Origin: Epithemia pelagica
Taxonomy: Eukaryota > Protista > Bacillariophyta
Length of the DNA: 64,000 nt
NCBI GenBank assembly: GCA_946965045.2
Contig: OX337235.1
Span: forward strand, 3,410,001 to 3,474,000
Direction: 5' to 3'
Shown: positions 45,834 to 58,924 of the stretch, one piece after another
Layout of the letters: every line of letters begins with the position of its first letter
How positions within the stretch are numbered: position 1 is the first letter of the stretch
Program-made: the position numbers and the translations under genes
Notes under the pieces: generated by a model
What the model was told of the DNA's origin: nothing
Databases searched by the model: none
What the model saw: only the letters and a program-made list of their open reading frames with translations

Positions 45834-48496
45834 CTACTGCTTGGCAGTTCTCCCATTGGTAATTCGATTGCCAGTTCCATTTTGCGGTCCGGATGCCGCA
45901 ACCCCCAACTGTGTCAAGGAGTGAAGGTCCATGTTCAAGTTGGCCAAACTGCCCAAGGCAAAAGGAGAGTCGCGGTTCACGCTTGGGTCCAGATACACAA
46001 CCTTTTCCACGCCCTTGTTGGATTCAACCACCATTTGGGAATACATGGACAAGAGGGCTTCCTTTGTTCCCAACGATGTATTAGACAACAACTCGGCACG
46101 TTGGGCTTCGGCGTCCGCCTTGAGACGAATGGCTTCGGCTTGTGCTTTGGCCTTGGTCAAAATTGCTTCTGCTTCGGCTTCCGCCTTTGCTTGAGCTGCA
46201 ATCTTGAGCGCTTTGGCATGGGCCTCGGCCGCATCGACTTCCCGTTGGTTCTTGGCATCGGCTTCAGTCTTGAGTGCGGCTGCTTGGGCCTTGGCACTAA
46301 TGTCCTTGACTTCGGCCGCAGTGCGCTCTCGTGTGGTGGAGATCAAGGAGGTACCTTCCAAATTGGCCATTTCATTTTCAATCTGGGCTGTCGTCAAGGC
46401 ATGTTTGGAAATTTGTTCGGCGAGTTCTTCGTCCATGATTTTGAAGGATTCAATTCGAATGTTGGCAATGTCCACGCCATAACGCTCGTTAAAGTCTTCG
46501 TTCAACATGGCCAGGAATTCATCATGAACTTTTTCAAAGAACACCGCTGTCGGGGCGGTGGGAGGTGGAGGAGCCTCGCTTTCGTCACCACCGGTCGTCG
46601 GAGGCGACAAGACTGTGACACCAGCCGGTGGTCCCTCTCCCGCCTTGGCACTGACATTTTTGGACTGGGCAATTTCGTTCAAGGTGGTGGAACGCACAAT
46701 ATTGGTCAAGGTGGCCACAGCCGTTTCGCGAACCAAGTCTTCCAATTCGTCCGTATCGATTTTGCGAATGCACTTTTCGGGATCGTTAATGCTGTAAAAG
46801 ACATCGGCGCGGAGACCGACCTTGACCAAATCCTTGGTCTCGCAAATGGTCAGATCAGAATTGGGATCTTGATAGTATTGTTGTTGTCGTTGTTGCTGTC
46901 CAGTCTGGAACTGATTTCCCATCTTGCTATACGCGGACGCCTGAGCCACTTGGGATTTCCGGGCCGTTTTCTCCGCGGCCGGCAAGGAGGACAAGCGGAT
47001 CGATTTTTGTTGCGTCGAAAGAAATCGATGAAAGACATGAGTGGTACTGTCAATAATATGACGACCATTGGGCAAAATCTTGAGTTCTCCTTGGTCATAC
47101 GTCACGGCGACTTGACCAGTATGGCAAAGAATAATATTTTTGGAACCCAATTGAATGAGCTGCTCTTCTGCATTCTTGAATTCGACAAAGGAAAAATCAT
47201 GACTGTCAAATTCAAACAGTCCCGGCTTGTCGTAAAATGTAGGTTCATTGTCTTGCCATACCAAGGCAATTTGACCTTCATTGACACGCAAAATGGTAAT
47301 GGTTTCGTGTACAATGCAGAGATTGGAAACAACATTCTCCATGCCCTTGTACTCAAAGTCGGTCGATTCAATGATGTGGTCTCCCTCTCCCAAGAGACGA
47401 GGCTTGTTGTCGTGCAGCACCTTGGCCACATAGCCCTTCTTGACAGAGATGCGATGCACGGTTCTGGAACGGAATCCGGCATGGAGGTTGGTGTGAGCGA
47501 ACAGGGTATCGGATTAGTTCATAACATGCGGTGGTTGTTTCACTTACCCGTGTTTGATGTATTCGTCTGAAAGACTGGACATGCCATCAAACTTGAACAA
47601 ATGTGAGTCTACAAAATGTTCTCCTTCGCCCAGCAAACGTGGCTGTACGGATCGATTGCCTCGGATATTGACTTCGGCCCACACACGCGCCAGTTTGCCG
47701 CGGTCCACTCGCACGTAGTGGAACCGGCCATGGCTCAAATAATTAAAGTCTGCGATTTTGCGGGAGCCATCGTCACTGACTGTTCCACTGTTGAACACAT
47801 GGGTTCCCACATTGAGCAGAATCGGTACTCCCTGATCTAGTACACGGCCGACGCTTCCGGGCGAAACGCGGATAATGAGAACTTGACTTTGATGGGATTG
47901 AATTACTTCTTGATCGAGACGAACATTTTTACCAATCCATCGAGCTTTTGGGTTGGTCAAGAACCAGCGTCCTTGTGGTACGCAAAAGGTTTTGCCATCC
48001 TTTTTGTAAAAGGAAATGTGTCCGGGCAAAACGACATGGCCCAAAACTCCGGGCGCCTTGGCATGACAGGTGGCCTTGCAAGCCTTTTTCAATTGATTCT
48101 TGAGGACCGTGGAGGATTCATAGTCATAAACGGCCGAGGGCATGCCTTCTTGTTCGTTTCGGGGATCGCCTTGAACCTCTTGTGCTTGAGCAAAGGCACT
48201 GGCCGCCTGGGGATTGGTCAAGATATTCACCATATCGGAGACTGTATGAGGAATGTTGGGATTGACATTGGGAGATAACAGGGGCCATTGCTTGAGGTGG
48301 CCTGTTTGAAAATCAAATCAACAGGACTTTGTGAGAAGGAAGCGGTGGTTTCCACGACAGTGGTTCACACACGCTCTCATGGTCACTTACCCACGCATCC
48401 ATCCAAGGTTTGTGGTAAATCTTGAGCATTCAAGGAACTATCCGTCCGGTCGACGAGCTTGAGTTGCTCAAACATGATGCTGTTATCGACATTCAT
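45834..48496 (-). CDS. SPFH/Band-7 (stomatin/prohibitin-like) protein with N-terminal repeated beta units, ~829 aa
   Basis: Exons 48496-48391, 48301-47548 and 47463-45834 (introns GTAAGT..CAG of 89 and 84 bp) join in frame. ETKDLVKVGLRADVFY, ETAVATLTNIVRS and YGVDIANIRIESFKI are followed by an Ala-rich coiled coil. An upstream in-frame ATG at 48598 is an alternative start. Confidence 0.85.
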
Positions 48497-49660
48497 GGTA
48501 TTTGATGTTTGGTTGCGTTGCGCTTCTTTATTCCAAAGTTGTGAGAGCTTCGGGTATTCGATCCTGTCTCTACTTCCGTCGTTGATTGTTGATGGCATCC
48601 ACACGACTTGTGGTTCGCCTTTTGATAGAGGTGCGCACGGGTTCGCTTATAGGATGGAGGAATCCCTAATACTCAGAGTCGGGTTTTGTTCGTTTTCGTT
48701 TTATAGTGATTGTCATTCTTCGACCTGTGCGCGCAGAAGTAGATAAGCAGTCGCGTATTATCGCGAAATGGTTGTGGGGGAACGCGCACGGCGAGAGAGA
48801 GCTAGGGTGGACTTCCTCACTTTCTCTGAAACTCAATCTTCTCTCGTCGTTAGAATGTACGAAGTACACGTAGGAGAAACCCGTGGACGTGATGCCATCG
48901 GGCCTGTTGTCAAAGGAGCAGTGGGTTGAATACCGAAACTATATATAGAGTGGCACGAAAAAGAAAGTCACAAAACATGAATATGTTTGAATTTATTGTA
49001 TGGAAAATTTGTCGACAAGAACAGAGAGGATAGGGATAGGAATACAACAATAAAGTCCACTTGTTGGCAAACTGATGATATGTGTTAACAAAAAACATAC
49101 ATCACAACGTACAACGAAACACTTCCAGATACAACGATGCTTCATACATTGAGGTAAAGAATCGTGTTTCCCGTACATGACACAAATACAGAAACATTCG
49201 AAAGCAGCGAGATTTCCCTGCATCGGATGAAGAGGCATGTTCGATCAATCCCAAAATACTGGAAGAAGTGTCGTCTTTAGGGGCGCAAACCGTCAGTAGT
49301 GGTCCAATGTGAATTTTGGAGGGAAACCTTTCACTTTTTGCCTCCCTTTCCACGAGAGCTGGAACCCTTGTAGTAATACATATCCTCTGGACAAAGAACC
49401 GGAGCACGGGTCGGATGTGTGGCCTTCTTTCCAGCCTTTTTCATTTTTCCGTTTGGATCTGTTGAATCAAAGAGATGTGTACAAGATGAGTCATCGGTAA
49501 CCAAAGATCGCCGCCCAATCGTCGTCTTTGTTTGTCGCCGAACGAATGACTTACCTGTCCATTTTGCCCGCAACTTTCGAACGTATCCGTAATCGTAATC
49601 ACCTTCTTTCTTGCCTGTAGCGTTGATTATGATGATGAGATTAGCATGGTATTGTGATTC

Positions 49661-52380
49661 CTAAGTCGTGTCATTCCCAGGATGGTTGTGGAAACGGAAT
49701 GGATACGTACCTTTTTTGGTCCACATGGAAGATTTGTCATGCTTTTGCCTTGTTCGTTTTCCTTTCGAGTACTGGTACATGGGTTTACACCGCGAGTCAG
49801 ATTTCATAACATACTTGAATGTTGGCTTGCGTGTGGAATATGGCGTTGGTTTGGATGTCACGGGCGTGGCTGTGGGGTAGGGTGTTGGTTTAGGTGTCAA
49901 GGGAGTCGTAGTAGGAGCCAAAGTGGGTTTGGGTGTCAAGGGCGCTGTTGTGGGGGAGAGAGTGGGAAGCCTACTCGGTTTGGGACCGAACGTGGGTAAT
50001 GGGGTTGGTCGTGGTGAAGGCGCAACGGGTCGAATCGAGGGAGTCACTGGCGCTTGTGTGGGAGCATTTGTTGGTGACAGGGCTGGTTCCGTGGTAGGTG
50101 ACATGGTTGGTGACAGGGTTGGTGACACGGTAGGTGACATGGTTCGTGACAGGGTTGGTTGGGAGGTAGGTGGAGTGCCAGGCGCTGCTGGGCAAAGGGA
50201 TTGAGGAGGATCTTGAACGCCTCGCTAATTATCAGAGCAAGGGAATTGAACCGCAAACCATGGTAAGGACGCGCTCGCAAAAACACAAAACACTGGATCA
50301 ATCCCCCAAAACAAATAAACGTACCACAATGGTGCCTCCTGTTTCTTCATTCCCAACCACTACGGGAAACACATTGCATTCATTGGTAAATTCAATGGAC
50401 CAGGACAAGTCGACGCGATCTCCATTGGCATTGGGTCCCGACATGACAACCACAATTCCACCGGGAACAAGCGCCGGGTTGATCTCATTGGTATTGGCGG
50501 TCGTGGGACCATTGGGTTCTTGTTCTGACATCATCATTTTGAGTTGCTGCGATTCATACGTGATCATGTCTCCATTGTAAAAGGGACCATTGGGAACCAT
50601 GTATTGGGTGAGAGATGTCAAGTTTTGGGCCAATTCCATAACGAGAATGGAATCCACCATGATCATGGTCCGATCTGTGGATCGGCCACCAACAATGCAC
50701 GATTCTTGCGCCACGCCTTGAGGTCCAAAGGCATAGTCGGGAGGCACGGGACAGGCACAATTGAACAAACAGAGTTCCCATTCCCATGCCATGGGTTGAC
50801 AGGCACAACTCGATGGAACAAAGTCGGTCACAAGTGGAGAGGGTTGACTTGTACTGGGAGCGTTGGTGGGTGCTGTAGAAGTGGGCACGAGAGAAGGCGG
50901 TGATGTTGGTAGTCTAACTGGAGTGGAAGACGGTGCACTGGACGGTGTGTTTGTCGGAGCAAGGGACGGAGACGTGCTGGGCATGGCAGTTGCAGCATTT
51001 GTCAAGGGACAAAAGGCGTTGGGTGGACCACCGGAATAATTCTGTCATCCAGGATAGGGCACCAGCAAAAGAACATATTATGAGTATAACCACTATAGAA
51101 ATAGATGGTCCTTCCCCAGTCGTTCGTAACGTGGACACTTACAATTCTTGTCAAGAGGGTTTCCGTTTCTTGCGGTGGTGGTGGTACGACAGGACTGTCG
51201 GGAGCATAGGGGTCACAGGAGGTGGAAAATTGAACCGACCACGAGGCAGTAATGCGTTGTCCCAAGGAATTGTTGCCGGCAAAAATTAGCACGAGGCCAG
51301 CCGGCAATGTATCGACGGTAAACAAGGAGGCATTGATATTGTTCAAGAGGGATTGGTACGAAAAGGTGTCTCCATTGAAAAAGGGACCACCTGGAATCGT
51401 CGTTTGTTCAATGGTTTGTAACGTGCTGTTCAATTCCAAGACGTAAATGGCATCAATTCCCAAGGTTTCATCAAAATTTACATCATCGACCACACCCTCT
51501 TGCAAGACGGGAGGAAAACATTCGTGCAAATGTGGCAATCCAACGACAATGGAATCGAAATCGTCCAGATTGTTGCTATTGTTGGTATTGTTCGTATTGC
51601 CATTGTTACCGGGTGGACAAGGATTGGTAAAATCCAACGTAAAGTCCCATTCTGTGGGTTGACAGGCACACACAGTGCTTCCAATCGGATTCTCCGATGG
51701 AGATGAGGACGACGATAAGGGACACAGAGACTCGGGTGGATCCTCGACACTGTTCTGTAATAATGGTAGAAATATCAAAGACAGAGACAAGGTTGAGAGA
51801 TGAAATCCTCTTTCAAAGAAACAAAAGAACAACATGATCGTACCACTCTCATCAAAATGGTTTCGGTTCCTTCCACGACAGCTGGGTAGGCTGTACAATT
51901 GGCAGAAAAGACAACTGAAGTCGTTGCAAAAATGGTTTCGCCACTGGCATTTTGACCCGTAAAGGAAAAGGACAAGGCCGAGGGCAAGGTACTGGCGTTA
52001 AAGGGGCCGACGTTGGTAGTGTTGGCCATTTGTTGGGATGCCGTAATGGTATTAAACAAGACGGTATCGCCCGTTTGAAAGGGACCAGAAAGGACGGATT
52101 GGCCTTGAACGTTCAAATCACGGTCCAATTCCACAATATTAATGCTGGAGACAGATACAAAGGTGTCATTGATGCGAGCCAAACACCCTTGGGCGGTCGC
52201 ATTGGGAAATGGATCCGTTTCGGGACACGGTAAACTCAAATCAATGGTAAAATTCCACGCAGAAGGTTGACAAGCACAAACATCGACTCCAACTTCTTGG
52301 GCAGAAGTCCAACCGAGACACCCTAGGAACGTCCATGTTAGAACGGCAAGGCTACTCGGTGAGTACTTTGGTCTTATCAT
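49661..52380 (-). CDS. Secreted protein with three tandem Cys-containing domains (CACQP...), Pro/Thr stalk and Lys-rich tail, ~809 aa
   Basis: Exons 52380-51844, 51754-51143, 51041-50325 and 50224-49661. The three phase-0 introns are 89, 101 and 100 bp. Signal peptide present. Each domain reads CACQP-x-W...ELxxxL...GPFxxGD...LPxxL...GxNxxG...FxxxC. Confidence 0.85.
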
Positions 52381-53095
52381 TGATTGTTATTGCTTCGTTG
52401 GGAGGTGGGATAGCAATGTTCACGACGGTCGTTGGCGCGTTATTCTCTGTTGCGCAAGACTGTAATGTAAGAATGAGAGAGAGAGAGCTCACGAGGAGAT
52501 CTTGCCGTAACAAAAAACTGTGAGGATCTGAAATTGTGAGACAGTTTCATGGATCGATCAATCCGGGATACGCTGGTTCACGTATCAAACATCGAGCAGC
52601 CATGCTTTCAATTTTGGCGCGTCGATTAAAACTGTACTCGGAAGATGCATATCAGTGTACCATTTCGAATTCAAGTGTCCCTGCCATGGACGACCCGCTC
52701 GATCCATAAGTGACTCAAACCATGGATACGAATTTAAAATTTCATGCGACTGAATTAGTGGGGTGATTGGATGATGGAACAGAAAACAATCTATAGTACA
52801 TTCAAAATCCGCTCCACAAAGGCACATGCAATACAAAAAATGAGGGACTAGATCGTCCTATATCCTTGTTCAAAGGCGAAGCCGTAGCGGAGAAATGCAC
52901 TCAAAGATATTTATACTATAGCCCACCTTTAAAGCATGGTTCCCATGAAAATCCGAAATGGTGTGAACGTGACAGGAATAGGAGTAATGCTATCTTCTCT
53001 AGGAGTATAGACTGATATCTGCTATCTGCTAAGCTAGCAAAGTCAAAACTATGAACGCCTCGACTCTCGCAGCTTAGGACCAACGGGCACCACCT

Positions 53096-56000
53096 TTATT
53101 CTGAGGCAAAGAGTAAATCTTCAATCGCCAAGAGGATATCGTCTTCTCCACCTACTTCTTCGTCCTCTCCTGCCTTATCTGGACCCGACACGAGTGAAGC
53201 CGCGTCTTCGGCCATGAACATGAATTGTCGATCGACATAGTCCGCCACTTGAAACACCATTTGACTGGCAGCAATGGAAATCATGTCGGGTTTGATGGGA
53301 GCACCGCCTGGTTGTTGCGATTGCGCTCCGTCGTCTTGCCATCGAATATAACCCGGTTCTCGAGGTGGTTCGGGATGGGCCGCCACCCAATTCATCCTAG
53401 ACGGAGAACCGGGTCGACCCTCTGTCTTGGATGGGCTCTTGTCTCGTTTTAGAATGGATTTCTTGGATGACATTCCAGAATCCATGGAATCAATTCGTAA
53501 AATGGGAGATGAAGCATCATCCGTATCATGTGTTGCCTGTTTCTTACTTCCCCGTCCATATTTGGCGGCCAACGACTCGATCGATTCGTACTTGCTAAAA
53601 ACTCGTAAGGGCGTAACGGGCCGTCTCCTCGAGGGTGAACTGGTTTGGCTCATTCGACCACTACTCTGAGCGGAGGATGACCTCCTGGATACTGCACTCT
53701 TGTTGTCGACGCTGCTGCTGCGAGATTTTTCACGGGACGTTGCTCTGCTCGAAGGTTTGAAAATGATCAAACCGGATGGAGTGTCGTTGGTACCACTTGC
53801 ATGTTCCGAGCTAGCAGTCGGAGGAGCGTTGGAAACAGAATTTGGACTCTTGGCACGCGTCTTGTGGTGCCTGGGTTCATCGATGGATGCCTTTGAGGAG
53901 GAGGGCGACGACAACACGGAAGACTCCGTTGTTTTCGATCGTGTTTGAGTGGGAATGAGTTCCCAGGGCTCCACAACCTTGTCATGGCGACGAGAGGGTG
54001 ATTTGCTTTGTTGTGCACTCAACGGAGATGACGGGTAAGGACTCTTTCGACCAAATCCATACGACCGAGAAGTGGATTGTACCGATGCACTTCGAACACT
54101 ACTGTTACCCGGTGACTTGTTTCCCCGTCGACCAGGAGACTTGCTGGTGTCGCGACGCCCAGGGGATTTGCGACCAGGAGACTTGCTGTCGCTACGACGG
54201 CCTGGAGACTTGCTGCGAGACTTGGACCCATCTGTGTTACCAAAGAACGAACTTATGGAACGTGTCGGGGAAGAAGCCTTACGAGTACCATCCATGGGCT
54301 TGGTTGTAACGCTTGCAGACGATATGGCTTGTGGAGTTGATGGGTTGTTGTCATCTTGTTGGTGTCCGCCGTCACTGGATGATTCCCTTCTTTTGGTAGG
54401 CGGTGGCGTGACATTGGGCCCTTGGTTCTCTTGGTTGGCATTGCTGGAGGAGGATGGGGGTGTCTTTCTCCCATAGACATAAACCGTATTAATGGGAGAG
54501 GATGTTGTGCTTTTCCGACGAGGGGGTGGCGTTTGTGATACCGGTTTCGGTTTTGGTTGTAGGAGCTGCGTCGTACTTTCGGTATCATTGACACTTGAAC
54601 GGGGACAATCGCGACAATCAGCCATGGTTCCAAACAGCAAGTCATTGAGTGCAGGCGAAAGACTTCGTGCCCGTGGTGGCATGCCAGGACGAGAAGACGG
54701 AGGATCGGCCATCCGAAGTCCTGCATCTTCCGATTGTCCAAAAAACATTTCGGCCAATGGTGAGCAGCTGCGTTGGGAAGGAGAAGGCGAAACACTACCC
54801 TTGGCCGTGGATGCGGTTGTTGTTGGTGGAACGGTGGGTTTCCCAAAAAAGAACTCACTGAGAGGAGACATGGTTCTTTTAGGCTGTGGTGGGCGAGAAC
54901 TTGGAACCGGAGTACCGGGCGCAATGGTTTCCTTGGTAGAGACTGCCGGTTCGGGTGGCTTGGAAGGAGATGCAACTTCAAACGGTTTCAGTTCTTTTGG
55001 TACGGGGGTAGAGGGAGGCGTATATTCAGCACCAGCACCTTCAGTTGATCGCTTGAGGTTCTTGTTAGACTTTGTCGCTATATTGCTTGGTGAAGGACTT
55101 CGAATGGCAGTTCGGGAGGATACTGGTGGTTTCTTGGCTTTAGGTTTGCTGTTTGTCCGCTTGGTCGTAGTGCTGCTGGTGCCTTTTTTAGTCGTAGTAC
55201 CACTCGCTGAGACAGGTGTCGTTGGTCGAGGAGTTGTGTTTCTCCCTCTTCCTCGTCGCTTCTGTGGCGTTTTGGATTTGGTCATTGCCCTCGACTTGGT
55301 ACGGGTCTTTTTGGTTTTTCTGAGTGGCTTCACGGAAGGCTCGGAACATACCAATTCAATCTCATCGTCTCCAATGAGAGGTTCACTCTTGTTGGTTTCT
55401 TTGGGTGGCTCCACGGTAGGCCTGGAACAAACCAATTCAATCTCATCTTCTCCAATGAGAGGTTCACATTGAAAGCTGCTGGTACTGTTCCTCCGATTGT
55501 TCTTGCCACCACCAAAAAAGAAAGAGGATCGGGGAGGAAGAAGGGGCTCTGCGTCATTGTCATCATCGTCATTATTCGAGGACCGCGCTGGAGAAGATCC
55601 TTTGGTTCGAGTCATACCTCGTAAGAGAATGCGAGGCGATATACTTCGGACCGCATTGTGACGTCTTCGTGTACTGGTGGGAGGTGGTGTCCCCGACTGA
55701 CTTCGTTGTCTAGCAGAAGCAGCAGTCTGCTGGGATGGTTCTTGATCTGGCGTGGGACTGTATCGTGCCGACGCTGACGAGGACGAGCCCACCGAGGCAG
55801 TAGTCTGATTGGCCAATGTGAGGGGTGAAAAACTTCGACTGGCCGCAATGGTAAGAAGTAAGGGACTGTGATTCCCTCCTTCTCCGTGGTTGCGGGACGT
55901 TCGTGGATAGTGTTTCTGAGTGTGACTGGATGACGACACGGAAGTATTGCTCATGGTGGTGGTTTCGGTTCCACACGACGACGAACGATAAGAACGGTTT

Positions 56001-57649
56001 CTCTTCTTTTTGTGGGGATCCGTCTCCCCCTTGGAAGAGGGTGTCAAGAGCAGAATTTGACTATCGTCATCAGAGTTTGAATCTTCATCGTAGTTATTGC
56101 CCTCTTCATCCTCGGTCAAGGGCGTTTCATCAATTTCTTCTGGTTGGTCTTCATGGTTGCCCCATACAGAGGGGGTGGAAAAGGCGGACCAGGCACTGTT
56201 GCGGTTGTTCGTACCCAACGAGGTTGCTGCCGTGGGGTCGACCGAGGATACAGTTTCTTGAAAAGCCGAGGAGGAAGAACTACCTTTCCACATCCAATTG
56301 CTGCTGCTCGCACAACTAGAAGTAGATACTGGTACAAAGGGTTCCGCGGATTCCGGAAAGGGAGGAAAGTTGTGGGCCATGGGTTGCTCCACACGTGGTT
56401 GCAAGTCGGGCAAGGAAGGAAGTTCGAGAGACTCCTCCTCCTGCTCCTCCTCTTGGTCCATGGATCGTGATCGTCGTCGACGACGTCGAGACGACGATGA
56501 GGACCGATAGGGAGAGGAGCGGCGCGAAGCGATGCGAAGATTCACTCGCTCCAATTCTTCGTCTTCCTCTTCCATGTCCTCTGTGGGCGGCGAAAAGAGT
56601 TGCCTCACCTCCTGTTTGGCTTGTTCGGGCGTTTTGGTGATTCGTGGAGAAGTCGAAGAGGACAAATCGTGAAGAACGTTGTGGTGGTGACGGTTGCTTT
56701 CACTGTGGCTTTTACTGTTGCTTCGACGACGGCTCTTGCTTCGAGATCGATACGAGGAGGATTCTTCCGATTGCACTGAAGGCTCCCACCGGCTGTTCCT
56801 CGATCCCGTGACAGAAGATGCCACGGTTTTCAGTTCTTCTTCATCCTCTTCTTCTTGTGGCATGGGCGTAATGGAATCATCATCGTTGTCATCTTGTTTG
56901 CTGGACATTCGAGAGGCCAAATCTTGGACCCGGAATCTCCGGGTAGGCGTACTAGAGGCCGCCGAAGAACGGGTGGGAGTACTGTTAGAAGCAGCCGAAG
57001 ATGATGGATAAGGACGCGCCGGTGAGTTTTGACATCGTCGAATCGCCGCCGCCACAACTGCTTGACGCCGTCGTTCAGCCTCTTCTTCCTGGGAACTAGT
57101 AATAGGAGTGCTCGTTTGTGGCTCCTGGTCTCGGTAGCTATAGCGCATGGTGCTTCGAGGCCTACTACTAGCAGGGGTAGTTTTTTGAGACGGTGAGGAC
57201 GACGAGACGGGTGGAGCATAGAGACTGTCATGGCGAGGGGGCGACAAGGAGGATTGTCCCAAGGTAATGACATTGGGATCTTCATCGTCAGGATGCGAGG
57301 ACGAAGACGAGGACGACTCCATGCTCCGTACTTTCGACCATTGTGGTGGTTCTTGCGATTCCAAATTTAGTTCCGAGTTCCAAGCGGTCCAATGCTTGCA
57401 ATTCGGATTCGATCTGTCAGTATTGCTGTTGGCATTCGGTGGCATGTTGCTGTTGCTGTGGTTGCGATTTGTGGGAGTACCAGTGTCAGGAGCAGTGGTG
57501 GTAGTGGCGGTTTGTCTCGTGGGTGTCCACCAAGAGGGTGTCGGGCCCGAATTGGTGCGCTCCAAAACGTGAATGCGAGTTGGTGTGGGACGTTGTGGTG
57601 TGGAGATTGTGTCCGGATGATGAAAGGCTGGAGTTGGATCGGGCCACAT
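53096..57649 (-). CDS. Large Ser/Pro/Arg-rich intrinsically disordered protein (~1517 aa)
   Basis: 4.5-kb open frame with probable ATG 57649 (MWPDPTP). KSPGRR repeats and a duplicated EPLIGxDEIELVCS. Confidence 0.75.
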   Translation of the reverse strand: MWPDPTPAFHHPDTISTPQRPTPTRIHVLERTNSGPTPSWWTPTRQTATTTTAPDTGTPTNRNHSNSNMPPNANSNTDRSNPNCKHWTAWNSELNLESQEPPQWSKVRSMESSSSSSSHPDDEDPNVITLGQSSLSPPRHDSLYAPPVSSSSPSQKTTPASSRPRSTMRYSYRDQEPQTSTPITSSQEEEAERRRQAVVAAAIRRCQNSPARPYPSSSAASNSTPTRSSAASSTPTRRFRVQDLASRMSSKQDDNDDDSITPMPQEEEDEEELKTVASSVTGSRNSRWEPSVQSEESSSYRSRSKSRRRSNSKSHSESNRHHHNVLHDLSSSTSPRITKTPEQAKQEVRQLFSPPTEDMEEEDEELERVNLRIASRRSSPYRSSSSSRRRRRRSRSMDQEEEQEEESLELPSLPDLQPRVEQPMAHNFPPFPESAEPFVPVSTSSCASSSNWMWKGSSSSSAFQETVSSVDPTAATSLGTNNRNSAWSAFSTPSVWGNHEDQPEEIDETPLTEDEEGNNYDEDSNSDDDSQILLLTPSSKGETDPHKKKRNRSYRSSSCGTETTTMSNTSVSSSSHTQKHYPRTSRNHGEGGNHSPLLLTIAASRSFSPLTLANQTTASVGSSSSASARYSPTPDQEPSQQTAASARQRSQSGTPPPTSTRRRHNAVRSISPRILLRGMTRTKGSSPARSSNNDDDDNDAEPLLPPRSSFFFGGGKNNRRNSTSSFQCEPLIGEDEIELVCSRPTVEPPKETNKSEPLIGDDEIELVCSEPSVKPLRKTKKTRTKSRAMTKSKTPQKRRGRGRNTTPRPTTPVSASGTTTKKGTSSTTTKRTNSKPKAKKPPVSSRTAIRSPSPSNIATKSNKNLKRSTEGAGAEYTPPSTPVPKELKPFEVASPSKPPEPAVSTKETIAPGTPVPSSRPPQPKRTMSPLSEFFFGKPTVPPTTTASTAKGSVSPSPSQRSCSPLAEMFFGQSEDAGLRMADPPSSRPGMPPRARSLSPALNDLLFGTMADCRDCPRSSVNDTESTTQLLQPKPKPVSQTPPPRRKSTTSSPINTVYVYGRKTPPSSSSNANQENQGPNVTPPPTKRRESSSDGGHQQDDNNPSTPQAISSASVTTKPMDGTRKASSPTRSISSFFGNTDGSKSRSKSPGRRSDSKSPGRKSPGRRDTSKSPGRRGNKSPGNSSVRSASVQSTSRSYGFGRKSPYPSSPLSAQQSKSPSRRHDKVVEPWELIPTQTRSKTTESSVLSSPSSSKASIDEPRHHKTRAKSPNSVSNAPPTASSEHASGTNDTPSGLIIFKPSSRATSREKSRSSSVDNKSAVSRRSSSAQSSGRMSQTSSPSRRRPVTPLRVFSKYESIESLAAKYGRGSKKQATHDTDDASSPILRIDSMDSGMSSKKSILKRDKSPSKTEGRPGSPSRMNWVAAHPEPPREPGYIRWQDDGAQSQQPGGAPIKPDMISIAASQMVFQVADYVDRQFMFMAEDAASLVSGPDKAGEDEEVGGEDDILLAIEDLLFASE

Positions 57650-58924
57650 ATTATGAGTAGGATTTAGTGAGCTGTGTTGAATGAGTGTTGTTATGGAGAT
57701 GATAAATTTTGGGAATCGCCAAGTCAAACAGAGAGATGATGGCCTAAAATGAACCACGTATTGTGAACGGTCAAAATCGAGAAAGAAAGAGAGAAACACA
57801 CAAAACGGCAAACCGTTTTGGTTTGATGTGACGGTTGCTTTTCTCTTGTTGGATTTGTTCCACACTATGCTCTGTACGAGTAGTTGTTGTGTGGTTTGCT
57901 GGCTAGTTTTTCAAACATGGAAGCGCAAGAGCAATAATCAGAGTGGCCAAAAATTGTGGAGATCCACGAGCCGATGGCATCCGTCCCCAGATTTTTCGTA
58001 GCCTTCCAACGGTCCAAGTCATGGGCAACGGCTCTAAGTAGGCGTCCTAAATAATAGAATTCTCAAGCCTTCCCGGTCGTGCTTTGGGATCGACAGTTCC
58101 ACCGTGGCAAGCATATTTGACGTTTTGACTCAAACTGACCTATGTCGCTTCGATCTGGATGTGCATTCATAGCATCTCTTTAGAGGAATAGAGTGACATG
58201 ACATAAACATTTACTCCACCTATACAGATGGGATATCTAGAGGTTGACGCAATGAAAAGTCTATTTTGACACTATGATGGAGAATACGTCAATCTGAGTC
58301 CGTGGCAGTGACTGCACACGTTTGTCCACGTGAGTCAAACCCATCCTTCCGACCGAGCCAAGAATGCCACATACATTGACTTGTGGAAAGCACATGATCG
58401 TTGGAAGGCAGGGCAAACGGCTAGGTCGTACTTCGGCTACCTTTCATGTGGCACACAAATCGAAGAGAGTTTCAAAAACACTTTCAAACTGCACCTATAT
58501 GTCGCGCCGGTCATCCTGGACAGGCCGGCAGTGGACGAGAACAGAGAGACCCAAATTTTTGTGGGAAACCATGCGACGAGCACGACACTCCGTGGTAGGA
58601 GTGTTCGCGCAGTCGTGCGAAGGTCCTTTCCCTCCCAAGAGCGTTTCCCGCCAACCTCTGTTGGGTCTGGGTACGTCCTGCACCTAAAAGATGAAAGGGC
58701 TTTAAGCAGGTCTAGATGGAACGAGAGAAGATTGGCACAGTTACTCCATTACGAGACGAAGAACTGTGAGGGGACCAAAATAAGCCCCATGTAGGAAATC
58801 AGTGCACAGTTGGTTCACCAATGGTTTGGTAGTCGAGCCATCCAAGCAGAGTTCAACGTTGACTCAGCAGTGCGAAGCTGGTAGTTGAGCATAGTTGAAT
58901 CATCTCATACAAATTTCATATCCC

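Noticed and set aside
58330-58794. 154-aa plus-strand ORF
   Set aside because: GTG start, no homology or coding signature recognised.
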